From Luminiphilus sp. (GTDB lineage: Bacteria; Pseudomonadota; Alphaproteobacteria; Rhodobacterales; Rhodobacteraceae), in NCBI GenBank assembly GCA_964221795.1, contig CAXQAV010000496.1:1-36431 (forward strand): a DNA stretch of 36,431 nucleotides, given 5' to 3'. Made by a program: the position numbers and the translations under genes. Under the pieces are notes generated by a model. That model did no database searches, was not told where the DNA came from, and worked only from the letters and a program-made list of their open reading frames with translations. Below are positions 9,913 to 22,460 of this stretch, piece by piece; the first letter of the stretch is position 1, and each line of letters begins with the position of its first letter.

Positions 9913-10024
9913 CCCCGCCTGATTTTGCCGCTCTCGCATCCGTGAGGGCAAAAGAAGTTGCTCACCTGCTGCCTGACACCGTTGGGCGTCGTAGGTCCGG
10001 GCCCAAGACATCGGAAGGCTAAAC

Positions 10025-10585
10025 GTGTCCGAAACTGCTGGTATTTCGACAGGCATCGCCTCGCGCTATGCGACCGCCGTTTTCGACCTCGCCAAAGAAG
10101 GCAAGGCGATCAAGGCACTCGAATCAGACGTTGCTGCGCTTGACGCAGCGATGACCGAAAGCGCCGACATGCGCGCGCTCCTGCATTCTCCGCTTTACAG
10201 CCGTGAAGAGCAGGGCGCTGCGATCAGCGCGATTGCAAAGAAAATGGAACTCTCCGAGACAACAAGCAATGTACTGGCGCTGCTGGCAAGCAAGCGCCGT
10301 TTGTTTGTGCTGCCTCAGCTGGTCGCCGTTCTGAACGAGCGCCTGGCCGAAGAGCGTGGCGAAGTCACGGCGGAAGTCACGACTGCCAAGGCGCTGACCA
10401 AGGCACAGGCCGACAAGCTGGCGAAGACGCTGAAAGCGCAAGTTGGCAAGTCTGTCACCATCAAAGAAACCGTCGATGAAAGCATCATCGGCGGTCTTAT
10501 CGTTAAAGTGGGCTCAAAGATGATCGACACCTCGATCGCCTCCAAGCTCAACGCACTCCAGAACACTATGAAAGAGGTCGGATAA
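10025..10585 (+). CDS. atpH: F1 ATP synthase subunit delta
   Basis: [10 protein letters not shown]...[20 protein letters not shown] start; first gene of atpHAGDC. Confidence 0.97.
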   Translation: MSETAGISTGIASRYATAVFDLAKEGKAIKALESDVAALDAAMTESADMRALLHSPLYSREEQGAAISAIAKKMELSETTSNVLALLASKRRLFVLPQLVAVLNERLAEERGEVTAEVTTAKALTKAQADKLAKTLKAQVGKSVTIKETVDESIIGGLIVKVGSKMIDTSIASKLNALQNTMKEVG

Positions 10586-12121
<1,536 letters not shown>

Positions 12122-12147
12122 TTCTTTGAGACAAAGGAGACTTTGCT

Positions 12148-13020
12148 TTGCCTAGTCTTAAGGACCTGAAAAACAGGATCGAGTCGGTCAAATCGACCCG
12201 CAAGATCACAAAGGCCATGCAGATGGTCGCGGCAGCAAAACTGCGCCGCGCCCAGGATGCAGCCGAGGCCGCGCGCCCCTATGCCGAGCGTTTCAACGCT
12301 GTCATGGCAGGGCTGGCGGCATCGGTTGGCGACAGCGATACAGCGCCAAAGCTGCTCGCAGGAACCGGCAGCGATCAGACCCACCTTTTGGTGGTGATGA
12401 CCGCTGAACGCGGTCTCTGCGGTGGCTTTAACAGCAACATCGCCAAGCTGGCCCGCTCGAAGGCAAATGAACTGGTTGCTGCTGGCAAGACGGTGAAAAT
12501 CCTGACCGTTGGCAAGAAAGGCCGCGCTTCTCTGAAACGCGATCTGGGCGACCACTTCATCGGTCATGTCGACCTGACCGAAGTCAAGCGCGTCGGCTAT
12601 GCCAACGCTCAGGACATCGCCAAGGACGTGCTGACCCGCTTTGACGCTGGTGAATTCGACGTTGCGACGATCTTCTTCGCACGCTTTGAAAACGTCGTTG
12701 TCCAGCACCCGACAGCCCAGCAGATCATCCCTGCAAAGTTCGACAAGGTCGAAGGCGCCGAAGCGACGCTTTACGATTACGAACCAAGCGAAGAGGAAAT
12801 CCTCGCCGATCTGCTGCCGAAAGGTGTGGCCACTGCAATCTTCAGCGCGCTGCTGGAAAACGCTGCATCCGAGCAGGGTGCCCGCCAGTCTGCGATGGAT
12901 AACGCAACACGCAACGCCGGTGAGATGATCGACAAGCTGACAATCGAGTTCAACCGCTCGCGTCAGGCTGTGATCACCAACGAGCTGATTGAAATCATTT
13001 CGGGCGCGGAAGCGCTCTAG
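12148..13020 (+). CDS. atpG: F1 ATP synthase subunit gamma
   Basis: [43 protein letters not shown] start 8 nt after AAGGAG. Confidence 0.98.
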   Translation: MPSLKDLKNRIESVKSTRKITKAMQMVAAAKLRRAQDAAEAARPYAERFNAVMAGLAASVGDSDTAPKLLAGTGSDQTHLLVVMTAERGLCGGFNSNIAKLARSKANELVAAGKTVKILTVGKKGRASLKRDLGDHFIGHVDLTEVKRVGYANAQDIAKDVLTRFDAGEFDVATIFFARFENVVVQHPTAQQIIPAKFDKVEGAEATLYDYEPSEEEILADLLPKGVATAIFSALLENAASEQGARQSAMDNATRNAGEMIDKLTIEFNRSRQAVITNELIEIISGAEAL

Positions 13021-14463
<1,443 letters not shown>

Positions 14464-14484
14464 GTAACACTGTAAGGAGCCAAC

Positions 14485-14910
14485 ATGGCAAACCTACAAT
14501 TCGATCTGGTCTCGCCCGAGCGCCGTCTGGCGTCGGTCGAGGCGACAGAGGTCCAGATCCCCGGTGCGGATGGCGACATGACAGCGATGGCTGATCATGC
14601 TGCAACCATCACAACACTGCGTCCGGGTGTCCTGACCGTGGTTCATGGTGGCGGCACGGACTCCTACGTTGTGTCGGGTGGTTTCGCCGAAATCACCGCA
14701 AGCAGCGTGTCGGTTCTGGCCGAGCGGGCCCTACCACAAGCAGAGGTCACGCAGGAGATCTACGACCAGATGGTTGAAGAAGCCAAAGCTGCCTACGGCC
14801 GCGCGCAGGAAACGTTCAAGAACGAGCCGGGCCCGGTTGATGACGCAGCCAAGCTGCTTTCCGACATGGTCGCGATCGGTGGCCACATCGGCCTGACTGC
14901 CAAGAACTGA
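14485..14910 (+). CDS. atpC: F1 ATP synthase subunit epsilon
   Basis: FDLVSPER...PGADGDM...VSGGFAE. AAGGAG RBS; last gene of the operon. Confidence 0.96.
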   Translation: MANLQFDLVSPERRLASVEATEVQIPGADGDMTAMADHAATITTLRPGVLTVVHGGGTDSYVVSGGFAEITASSVSVLAERALPQAEVTQEIYDQMVEEAKAAYGRAQETFKNEPGPVDDAAKLLSDMVAIGGHIGLTAKN

Positions 14911-14928
14911 TCACATAGACAGATTGAG

Positions 14929-14955
14929 AAGCCCCGCAAGTCTGCGGGGCTTTTT
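14929..14955 (+). terminator. Intrinsic terminator of the atp operon, probably bidirectional
   Basis: AAGCCCCGCA-agtc-TGCGGGGCTT followed by TTT, between convergent genes. Confidence 0.9.
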
Positions 14956-14958
14956 CGT

Positions 14959-15733
14959 TTAGGGGGTGGTCGATGAGACAAGCGCGCTCAGTGTCCCGGA
15001 TCCGATCAGTGCCGCCGTGCCATCCACCTTTGCTGCAAAGCTTCCGTCGATCGAAGTGGTGGAGGCACGCGCACGTAATCCCTCACCATCCAGTCCATAG
15101 AGACTGCCGATCAGCGTCCCGTCCACGCTGAACAGGTGTAACCCGCTGTCGAGCGTTCCATCGATATCAAGCGTGATAGCCGCATTGCCAAAAGCACCCT
15201 CGCTGACATGCCCTCCGGAAATGAGGATCGTGCCGGCATAATTCACCAGCTGTTCCTCCAGGTTTTGATCAAGCGCCGATTCCATGAATCCGTTTGCCTC
15301 CCCTGTGATCCCGAGGTCCTGCAAGGTCAGCGTCAATGTGGCAGGGGCCGCGACGTTCGCATAGGCGACGTTCGAACCGACCACGATTTCGAGATATCCG
15401 GCATAGGTCATGCTGCCAGTGGTCGGTAATGCTGGGAAATCCGTTGTGATGCCACCCATGACCGAGTCTCGCGCCATTGCGATCACCGCGGGTGCAAGAA
15501 CAGTCGCATAGGTAAGCCGCTCGGCGTCCGAGGCAACGAAGAGTGCGGTCATGGGTGGGGGAGGATCACCGTCCCCGCCGCCTCCGCCCCGCCGCCGGTG
15601 TCGCCTCCGCCCCCGCCGCCGGTGTCGCCTCCACCACCGCCTCGCGGGTCAGGATCAGCGGTCTGCCCACCGGTGCAAGCCGCCAAAAAAGCACGAAAGC
15701 AATAGAAATCAACGTCCCTTGTTTCGCGAGCAT
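14959..15733 (-). pseudogene. Surface lipoprotein gene with Gly-rich linker, split by two 1-nt frameshifts (reconstructed 258 aa)
   Basis: GGAGG RBS then ATG 15733 MLAKQGTLISIAFVLF. Adding 1 nt in the A6 run (15685-15690) gives LAAC-TGGQ...GGGGGDTGGGGGGDTGG; adding 1 nt in the C4 run (15587-15590) fuses this to ORF 14959-15552. Confidence 0.75.
15581..15627. repeat. Tandem 23/24-bp repeat encoding GGDTGGGG-type units
   Basis: cctccgccccgccgccggtgtcg (15581-15603, C4) then cctccgcccccgccgccggtgtcg (15604-15627, C5); a degenerate third copy follows. Confidence 0.9.
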
Positions 15734-15755
15734 TGTCATGTGCCTCCAAAATGGC

Positions 15756-15803
15756 TTAACCAATTGGCAAAGTTTTAGTGATAAATGATTAACCAATCCT
15801 TAG
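15756..15803. promoter_or_regulatory. CtrA-box-like sites
   Basis: TTAA-ccaatcc-TTAG at 15789-15803. TTAACCAAT occurs twice (15756 and 15789). Confidence 0.55.
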
Positions 15804-15863
15804 TGCGCGCTTTTTGGACGATGGGCGGTCACAGGGGTTATCAGTTGGGACGGCACCGGCCTT

Positions 15864-16214
15864 ATGCGTCGATTAAACAGTGGCAGTGTTGGCATCGATC
15901 ACGGCGAGACCGTGATGTTCTCGGATTTCGAGGATGACGGGCAGATGTGGCGTGGGGAGGGCCCGCGCCAATCGCGCGAAACCGTGAAGTTCGCGAGCGC
16001 TTTCAAGACACCGCCGCATGTGCAGGTCTCGATCTCCATGTGGCATATCTCGAACAAGGCCAACATCCGCGCCGACGTCCAGGCCGAAGAGATCACGACG
16101 ACGGGTTTCGCGATTGTTTTCCGGACATGGAGCGACACAAAAGTCGCCCGCATCCGCGTGGCCTGGACGGCGATTGGCGAACTTCCCCATGAGGACGACT
16201 GGGATCTCTACTAG
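15864..16214 (+). CDS. H-type lectin domain protein
   Basis: FSDFEDDGQMW...VKFASAFKTPPHVQVSISMW...ITTTGFAIVFRTWSDTKVARIRVAWTAIG matches the H_lectin family found near atpC in Rhodobacteraceae. Confidence 0.85.
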   Translation: MRRLNSGSVGIDHGETVMFSDFEDDGQMWRGEGPRQSRETVKFASAFKTPPHVQVSISMWHISNKANIRADVQAEEITTTGFAIVFRTWSDTKVARIRVAWTAIGELPHEDDWDLY

Positions 16215-16426
16215 CGGATCGCGCCCCCTTGGCTCACGCGTAGGTACCTCAGGCGATAGTCCTTGATCTCGCGAGAGAGTTGAATTTCGCAGCAGATCGT
16301 TTCGATATTGCAGCCTAAAAAACAGGCGATGAACCGATTTCGTGGCCAAAGCATGAAATTGGGAGACATGCTGCCTTAAAAAAGCCTACAATCGAAACAT
16401 GCACATTCGAGGCAGGCTGTTTTATC

Positions 16427-16975
16427 ATGATTAGTATTCTAGAAGTCAGTAACCGACGCGCTGAATTGCTGAGCGCCCGAGCAATCAAGAAATTGAAAGA
16501 GCAGCGCAAAGAGACCCGCGCGGTGATGCAGCGCTTTGAAGGCGCTTCCGACCTTTCGGCAGATGAAAAGACAACCTACGCGAATCTGACCCTGTAGATG
16601 GTTATCCTCAATGCGCTGCGCGATCAGCTGATGAAGTATCACTATCTTCCAAGACGGTGGGATGCCTTTACGCTGGGGTCGGATTTCGACCAGCGCCTGA
16701 TGCCGCTCCTCTACAAAAATGCGGACGGCGAGCTTTGGGTCGAATACTTCAACTGCGAGCGCCCGAAAGAGGCTCTGTTGCTGATCGCCGGTGATGTGGC
16801 CAAACCGATTCCCGAGGAAGCCGCCGTCATGCGCCGCCGTCCGCCCTCACCGGGCAGACCAGCCCGCGCACCACGCACGGAACCCGTCGTCGCTGAGGAA
16901 ACAAGCATCATGGACCTCGTCCGCAACCGCATGCCCAGCGCGATCACGCCCCGCTATAGGCCGAAGCAGGGGTAG
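16427..16975 (+). pseudogene. Hypothetical protein interrupted by an in-frame TAG (or two abutting ORFs)
   Basis: ATG 16427 opens 56 codons (MISILEVSNRRAELLSARAIKKLKEQRKE...NLTL), TAG at 16595-16597, then ATG 16598 continues in the same frame for 125 aa. Confidence 0.55.
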
Positions 16976-17035
16976 GTCAGTTGGCTGGTTGGCGAGGCAA
17001 GCGCTGGTCCTGAGGGCCTCCCCTAAGGTCAACCC

Positions 17036-18055
17036 TTACTCTGCCGCATAAAGCCCTTCATAGATCGGCCCCAGCGTCTTGTGGTCGAAGAGCGAGGATA
17101 CGGACGTGCCGTTCCATGTATTCAGGATGGCTTGTGCAAACATCGGTGCGGTCGGCACGATGCGGATGTTCTTGCAGCCTTTGACAGCTTCGGTTGCCTG
17201 AATGGTGTCGGTGATGACCAGCGACTTCATCACCGATTTCGAGACACGTTCTACAGCGGGGCCGGACAGCACGCCGTGGGTGATATAGGCGTGAACCTCT
17301 TTCGCGCCGTTCTCCATCAGGACCTCGGCAGCCTTGCAGAGCGTGCCGGCGGTATCCACGATGTCGTCCACGATCACGCAGACCTTGTCCTTGACCTCAC
17401 CGATCACGGTCATCTCGGCCACTTCGCCGGGCTTGCCGCGCCGCTTGTCGACGATCGACAGGGGGGCATTGATCCGCTGGGCAAGGTCGCGGGCGCGGGC
17501 AACACCGCCCACGTCGGGAGACACCACCATGACCTCATCCATCTGGCCACGGAAGTTATGCATCGCATCCAGCGCGTAGATCGGCGAGGCATAGAGGTTA
17601 TCCACCGGAATATCGAAAAAACCCTGAATCTGCGTGGCGTGCAAATCCAGGGTCAAAACGCGCTCAATGCCTGATTCAACGATCATATTCGAGACCAGCT
17701 TGGCTGTGATCGGCGTGCGGGCCTTGGAGCGGCGATCCTGACGGGCATAGCCGAAGTAGGGGATCACGGCGGTGATACGTGCCGCTGACGAGCGGCGCAG
17801 CGCGTCGGCGATGATCAGAAGCTCCATCAGGTTGTCATTGGCGGGGTTCGATGTGGGCTGGATAATGAACATATCCTCGCCGCGCACGTTCTCGAAAACC
17901 TCGACAAAAACCTCGCCGTCGTTGAACCGCTCGACCCGCGCATCACAGAGGCTGACATCCATCCCGCGATGCATCGACATGCGGCGCGCAATTGCCTTGG
18001 CAAGTGGCTGGTTTGCGTTTCCGGCAATCAGCTTGGGTTCGATCATTGTGGGCAT
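17036..18055 (-). CDS. prs: Ribose-phosphate pyrophosphokinase
   Basis: [22 protein letters not shown] and [11 protein letters not shown] motifs. Confidence 0.98.
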   Translation of the reverse strand: MPTMIEPKLIAGNANQPLAKAIARRMSMHRGMDVSLCDARVERFNDGEVFVEVFENVRGEDMFIIQPTSNPANDNLMELLIIADALRRSSAARITAVIPYFGYARQDRRSKARTPITAKLVSNMIVESGIERVLTLDLHATQIQGFFDIPVDNLYASPIYALDAMHNFRGQMDEVMVVSPDVGGVARARDLAQRINAPLSIVDKRRGKPGEVAEMTVIGEVKDKVCVIVDDIVDTAGTLCKAAEVLMENGAKEVHAYITHGVLSGPAVERVSKSVMKSLVITDTIQATEAVKGCKNIRIVPTAPMFAQAILNTWNGTSVSSLFDHKTLGPIYEGLYAAE

Positions 18056-18109
18056 GGGACAGGTCCTTTGGCAGAAGGCGCGAAACGCAAATGTAACAGA
18101 TTCGTGGCG

Positions 18110-18137
18110 TTGACACCGCGTAACACAAGCTTACCGT
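18110..18137 (+). promoter_or_regulatory. Putative sigma70 promoter
   Basis: TTGACA-N16-TACCGT upstream of ATG 18172. Confidence 0.45.
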
Positions 18138-18171
18138 CTCGCAAAGAATGTCCCGTCCGAAGGAGCACCAA

Positions 18172-18768
18172 ATGGCGCATATTGACTACTACTTTGCCAC
18201 GATCTCCCCCTACACCTACCTCAGCGGGACCCGTCCGGCAGAAGTGGCCAAGCGGCATGGTGCCACGATCACCTACAAACCTTGCGATATCATGGCGCTT
18301 TTTGCACGGACGGGTGGTATTCCGCCCAAGGATCGCCACCCCAACCGGCGGGCCTATCGCCTTCAAGATATGGAACGCCGCGCCAAGCTTCTTGGCAAAC
18401 CGCTGAACATCAAGCCGATGTTCTGGCCCACCAATAGTGCGCCCTCCGCCTATGCGATCATCGCTGCCCAGAACGCTGGTGCGGATGTGTCGGAACTGGT
18501 CGCCACCATTGGCTCAGCCATCTGGGCTAAGGAAAAGGACATCAGCCAGGACGACGTCGTGCGCGCCTGTCTGGAAAAATGCGGCCTCGACCCCGCACTT
18601 GCCGACAAAGACATGCTGACCAGTGCCGACACTTTCGCCAAGAACCTCGAGGATGCGGTCAGCGCGGGTGTCTTTGGCGCGCCCTTCTTTGTCGTGGATT
18701 CCGGGCAGGTTTTCTGGGGCGAAGACCGCATCGACGATCTGGACGCGCATCTGGCCGGACGTATCTAA
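18172..18768 (+). CDS. 2-hydroxychromene-2-carboxylate isomerase / DsbA-like (GST kappa family) protein
   Basis: IDYYFATISPYTYL N-terminus and GVFGAPFF...FWGEDRI C-terminus. AAGGAG before ATG 18172. Confidence 0.9.
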   Translation: MAHIDYYFATISPYTYLSGTRPAEVAKRHGATITYKPCDIMALFARTGGIPPKDRHPNRRAYRLQDMERRAKLLGKPLNIKPMFWPTNSAPSAYAIIAAQNAGADVSELVATIGSAIWAKEKDISQDDVVRACLEKCGLDPALADKDMLTSADTFAKNLEDAVSAGVFGAPFFVVDSGQVFWGEDRIDDLDAHLAGRI

Positions 18769-18769
18769 G

Positions 18770-19543
18770 GTGGACTTCAACCGTGTCACCCTTGGCGCGG
18801 GCAACCCGCGCCTGATGATCCATTGCATGCTGGCCCGGCACGAGGTGCTCTTGCCGCTGGCCAAGGCAACAGGCGGGAAGGTCACGCTCTTTGACATGCC
18901 GGGGCATGGGCAAAGCGCCGACTGGGATGGGCAGACGCCCTATCAGGCGCTGACGACTGCGATGGCGGCCACATGCTGTGACGGACCGACCCATGTGATC
19001 GGGCATTCCTTCGGGGCGACGGTGGCCCTGCGCCTCGCGGTCGAGCGTCCCGATCTGGTCAGCCGCCTGACCCTGATCGAACCGGTATTCTTTGCCGCCG
19101 CCAAGGGGACTGCGGAACACGCCGCCTACCTCAAGACCTTCCGCCCCTTTGTCGCGGCGATGCTGCAAGGTGACGAGGCGCGGGCAGCCGAGGTCTTCAA
19201 CGGTCTCTGGAGCAGTGCGAAATGGGACGGGATCACAGCCGAACAGCGCGCCTATCTGACCGATCGCATCCATCTTGTCGTCGCAACGGGTGCTGATCTG
19301 GAAGAGGATGCCGCAGGTATCACCTCGGCTGGCAGCCTTGGCCGCGTGACTATCCCTGTCGATCTGATCAGGGGCGAGAAATCCCAGCCAGTTGTGGCGG
19401 CAATCCACAAAAGGCTGGCCGAACGGCTACCAAATGCCACGGATCATGTGATTGCCGGGGCAGGGCATATGTTGCCTATCCGCAGCGCCTTTATCCCGCA
19501 GGTGGCCGCGATTATCCGCGCAGCAGAGACAGGAATTGGTTGA
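18770..19543 (+). CDS. Alpha/beta hydrolase
   Basis: DMPGHG, GHSFG nucleophile elbow, GAGHM catalytic His. GTG 18770 directly follows the upstream stop. Confidence 0.88.
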   Translation: MDFNRVTLGAGNPRLMIHCMLARHEVLLPLAKATGGKVTLFDMPGHGQSADWDGQTPYQALTTAMAATCCDGPTHVIGHSFGATVALRLAVERPDLVSRLTLIEPVFFAAAKGTAEHAAYLKTFRPFVAAMLQGDEARAAEVFNGLWSSAKWDGITAEQRAYLTDRIHLVVATGADLEEDAAGITSAGSLGRVTIPVDLIRGEKSQPVVAAIHKRLAERLPNATDHVIAGAGHMLPIRSAFIPQVAAIIRAAETGIG

Positions 19544-20558
19544 TCGACTCCTCGGAGGCGGACCAGTCCGTCACCAGTCGCCCGATCAGCGGCTCGTCGG
19601 GATCACCCTGCGACGCATCGCCGTTCATCGTGTAATAGACTGCCCCGCCGTCCAGCATCCGTTTGTGTTCGGCCCGTGGCATCTCGAAAAAGATGATATT
19701 GGCCTCGGACGGGTAAAGAATCCGCGCCCCGTTGTGCTGCGCCAGCCCTTCGGCCAGCTGCGCACAGCGCGCATTCGCGGCGCGCGCCATATCCAGCCAC
19801 AGCCCGTCTTCCAGATAGGCTTGCATCTGCGCTGACAGATAGCGGTGCTTGGACAGAAGATGCCCGCCGCGCTTGCGCCGCAGCTCGAACTCCCACGCAA
19901 GCTCGGGGTCAAAGATCACGCAGGCCTCGACCCCCATCGCGCCATTCTTGGTGCCGCCAAAGCTGACCGTATCGACTCCGGCTTTCCACGTCATCTCGGC
20001 TGGCGAACAGTCCAGTGCCACCAGAGCATTGGCAAAACGGGCACCGTCAAGATGGGTCTTGAGGCCGAATTCCTGCGCGGTCGCGGTCAGGGCTCGCAAC
20101 TCGTCCAATTGATAGATCGTGCCTTTCTCGGTCACTTGCGTCAGCGAGAGCGGCCCTCGCTGGGGGCCGTGCACTCCACGGTTCTGCTCGGGAAGAATCT
20201 TCGCCCGCAGATCGTCGGCATTCATCTTGCCGTTCACAGTTGGCACCAGCGTCAGCTTGGCACCTGTATAGAATTCGGGCGCGTTACACTCGTCTTCGTG
20301 GATATGCGCGCAGCTGCTGCAGAAGATCGTCTGCCATGGCTGCGACATGGTGCCGAGCAGGATCGAGTTTGCCGAGGTGCCGTTGATCACCAGATAGACA
20401 GCGGCTTCCGGGGCCTCAAAGATGTCGCGGATTGCCTGACGCACCTCACCCATGATGGGGTCGGCGCCATAGCCCATGGCATAGCCCTCGTTGGCGCGCA
20501 TCAGCGCCTCCATCACCTTGGGATGGGCGGGTCCGGCATTGTCGGATGCAAAGAACAT
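19512..20558 (-). CDS. ltaE: Low-specificity L-threonine aldolase (PLP, beta-eliminating lyase family)
   Basis: FASDN start, HLDGARFANA, SFGGTKNG PLP lysine. ATG overlaps the ycgN stop (TGATG). Confidence 0.9.
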   Translation of the reverse strand: MFFASDNAGPAHPKVMEALMRANEGYAMGYGADPIMGEVRQAIRDIFEAPEAAVYLVINGTSANSILLGTMSQPWQTIFCSSCAHIHEDECNAPEFYTGAKLTLVPTVNGKMNADDLRAKILPEQNRGVHGPQRGPLSLTQVTEKGTIYQLDELRALTATAQEFGLKTHLDGARFANALVALDCSPAEMTWKAGVDTVSFGGTKNGAMGVEACVIFDPELAWEFELRRKRGGHLLSKHRYLSAQMQAYLEDGLWLDMARAANARCAQLAEGLAQHNGARILYPSEANIIFFEMPRAEHKRMLDGGAVYYTMNGDASQGDPDEPLIGRLVTDWSASEESINQFLSLLRG

Positions 20559-21025
20559 CAAAGCGGCTCCTGAATGATAAAGTCTTCCCAGTCGTCTTCG
20601 TCGATATCGGTTTCTGAAACGGTCAGCCCGCGCATCGAGACGCCAGCCTCATGCACGGAATTCGGATCGCCCGAAATCAGCGGGTGCCAGTCATACAAGG
20701 GGCGGCCCTCGTAGATCAGAAGATATCCGCAGGTGCGCGGCAGCCAGTACATGTGCTGCTCAATCGTCTCGGGCGTCATCACGATACACTCGGGCACGTA
20801 TTTGTGGCGGTTGGAGTAGTTGCTGCAAAGGCAGGACTTACCGTCGAGCAACCGGCAGGACACGCGAGTGAGCGCGACCGTGCCTTCCTCGTCTTCCAGC
20901 TTGTTCAGGCAGCACTTGCCGCAGCCGTCACAGAGTGCCTCCCATTCAGCGCGGTTCAGCTCGGCCATCGGTTTGGTTTCCCAGAAACGGTCTTCCAGCC
21001 CTTCGCGCGGGATCTCAACGGACAT
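20558..21025 (-). CDS. ycgN: YcgN (UPF0260) cysteine-cluster protein
   Basis: EWEALCDGCGKCCLNKLED, WLPRTCGY and WHPLISG motifs. Confidence 0.92.
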   Translation of the reverse strand: MSVEIPREGLEDRFWETKPMAELNRAEWEALCDGCGKCCLNKLEDEEGTVALTRVSCRLLDGKSCLCSNYSNRHKYVPECIVMTPETIEQHMYWLPRTCGYLLIYEGRPLYDWHPLISGDPNSVHEAGVSMRGLTVSETDIDEDDWEDFIIQEPL

Positions 21026-21956
21026 CGGCCAAAATCGCACGGGCCTGATCGCAGTCCGCGTCCATCTGGGTGATCAGCACCTCAAGGCCGTCGAACTTCA
21101 ACTCGGGACGCAGGAAGTCGACTAGCGCGACCGACAGATGCGTGCCGTAGAGGTCGCCCTTGAAGTCAAAGATAAAGGTCTCGCAATTCGGGATATTCTC
21201 GCCGAACATCGGGCGCACGCCGATGGAGGCCGCCCCGTCATAAGTGCCCTTGTGCGGGCCGCCCAGCACATCGACCTTCACCGCATAGACACCGAATTTC
21301 GGCGGGTGCAGACCGGTGATCGACATATTGGCGGTGGGATAACCCAGATCACGGCCACGCTGGTCACCGCGGATCACCTCGCCCTCGATCCGGTGCCAGT
21401 GGCCCAGCATCGCCGCCGCATCACGCGGCTTGCCGTCGGTCAGCGCCTGCCGGATCGCAGTGGAGGAGACATCCTTGCTGTCGACCGCGACAAGCGGTGC
21501 GACGGTGACACCAAAACCCATCTCGGCCCCAAAGGCCGTCAGGTCTTCCACCGTTCCCTTGCGGTCCTTGCCAAAGCAGAAGTCCGCCCCGACAACGACA
21601 TGCACCAGACCTAACTGATCAACGATGATCTTCTGCGCAAACGCGCGGGGAGTGAGCGCGGCAAGGGCCGCGTTGAACGGCACTTCATAGAGCCTTTCGA
21701 CACCCAGTTTGGCCAGCCGGTTCGCTTTTGCCTCGGCGTTCATCAGGCGGAATGGCGCGTCGGCCCGCCCGAAGAACTCACGCGGGTGGGGTTCGAATGT
21801 CATGATGCCCAAGGGCGCACCCGCAGCCTCTGCCGCCTTGCGGGTCAGGTCGATGACCGACCGGTGGCCGATGTGGACACCGTCGAAATTGCCAATCGCG
21901 GCAGCGGCGCCTCGGTCGGCAGGGTCGATAAATACGGTGTCACGGATAATGCGCAT
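21015..21956 (-). CDS. ribF: Bifunctional riboflavin kinase/FAD synthetase
   Basis: IGNFDGVHIGH, TFEPHP, VSSTAIR, GRDLGYPTAN and LRPELKF motifs. Start MRIIRD at 21956. Confidence 0.97.
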   Translation of the reverse strand: MRIIRDTVFIDPADRGAAAAIGNFDGVHIGHRSVIDLTRKAAEAAGAPLGIMTFEPHPREFFGRADAPFRLMNAEAKANRLAKLGVERLYEVPFNAALAALTPRAFAQKIIVDQLGLVHVVVGADFCFGKDRKGTVEDLTAFGAEMGFGVTVAPLVAVDSKDVSSTAIRQALTDGKPRDAAAMLGHWHRIEGEVIRGDQRGRDLGYPTANMSITGLHPPKFGVYAVKVDVLGGPHKGTYDGAASIGVRPMFGENIPNCETFIFDFKGDLYGTHLSVALVDFLRPELKFDGLEVLITQMDADCDQARAILADVR

Positions 21957-22004
21957 GGTGGCTTGCGTAGCCCACAGGGGCGGGCCGCGCAAGCGGTGGA
22001 GTGA

Positions 22005-22448
22005 TCAGTCGAATTTGCGCGACGGGGCCAGCACGGTGGCCTCGCCAGCCAGTACCTTTTTGTCATTCACGATGCAGCGCGTATCCATCTTCACGCGGCG
22101 GCGCGAATGATCAATCTCGACCACTTCAACCTCGGCCAGCACCATGTCGCCGGGGCGGACGGGGGCGAGGAATTTCAGGCTTTGACCTAGATAGACGGTG
22201 CCATGACCCGGCAGTTGTTCACCAATGACGGCAGAGACCAGACCGGCAGTCAGCATCCCATGGGCGATGCGTCCGCCAAAGATGGTGTCATGCGCATAGT
22301 CGTCATCCAGATGCACGGGGTTCCGGTCGGTCGAAACTTCGGCGAACAGTTCAATATCACGGTCGGTGATCACCTTGCGGAGCGAGCGGGTCATGCCGAT
22401 CTCGATATCTTCGATGCAGATCGTTCCGCGGGGGGCGTTGTCCAGCAT
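22005..22448 (-). CDS. MaoC family (R)-specific enoyl-CoA hydratase (PhaJ-like)
   Basis: FAEVSTDRNPVHLD...IAHGML hydratase motif, FLAPV. GGAG RBS before ATG 22448. Confidence 0.9.
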   Translation of the reverse strand: MLDNAPRGTICIEDIEIGMTRSLRKVITDRDIELFAEVSTDRNPVHLDDDYAHDTIFGGRIAHGMLTAGLVSAVIGEQLPGHGTVYLGQSLKFLAPVRPGDMVLAEVEVVEIDHSRRRVKMDTRCIVNDKKVLAGEATVLAPSRKFD

Positions 22449-22460
22449 ATCAGGCTCCAT

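Noticed and set aside
15581-15640. Tandem repeat considered as a mini CRISPR or mobile-element end
   Set aside because: Copies are contiguous with no spacers and encode a Gly-rich linker.
21957-22004. Possible FMN riboswitch upstream of ribF
   Set aside because: The gap is under 50 nt and lacks RFN conserved sequences.
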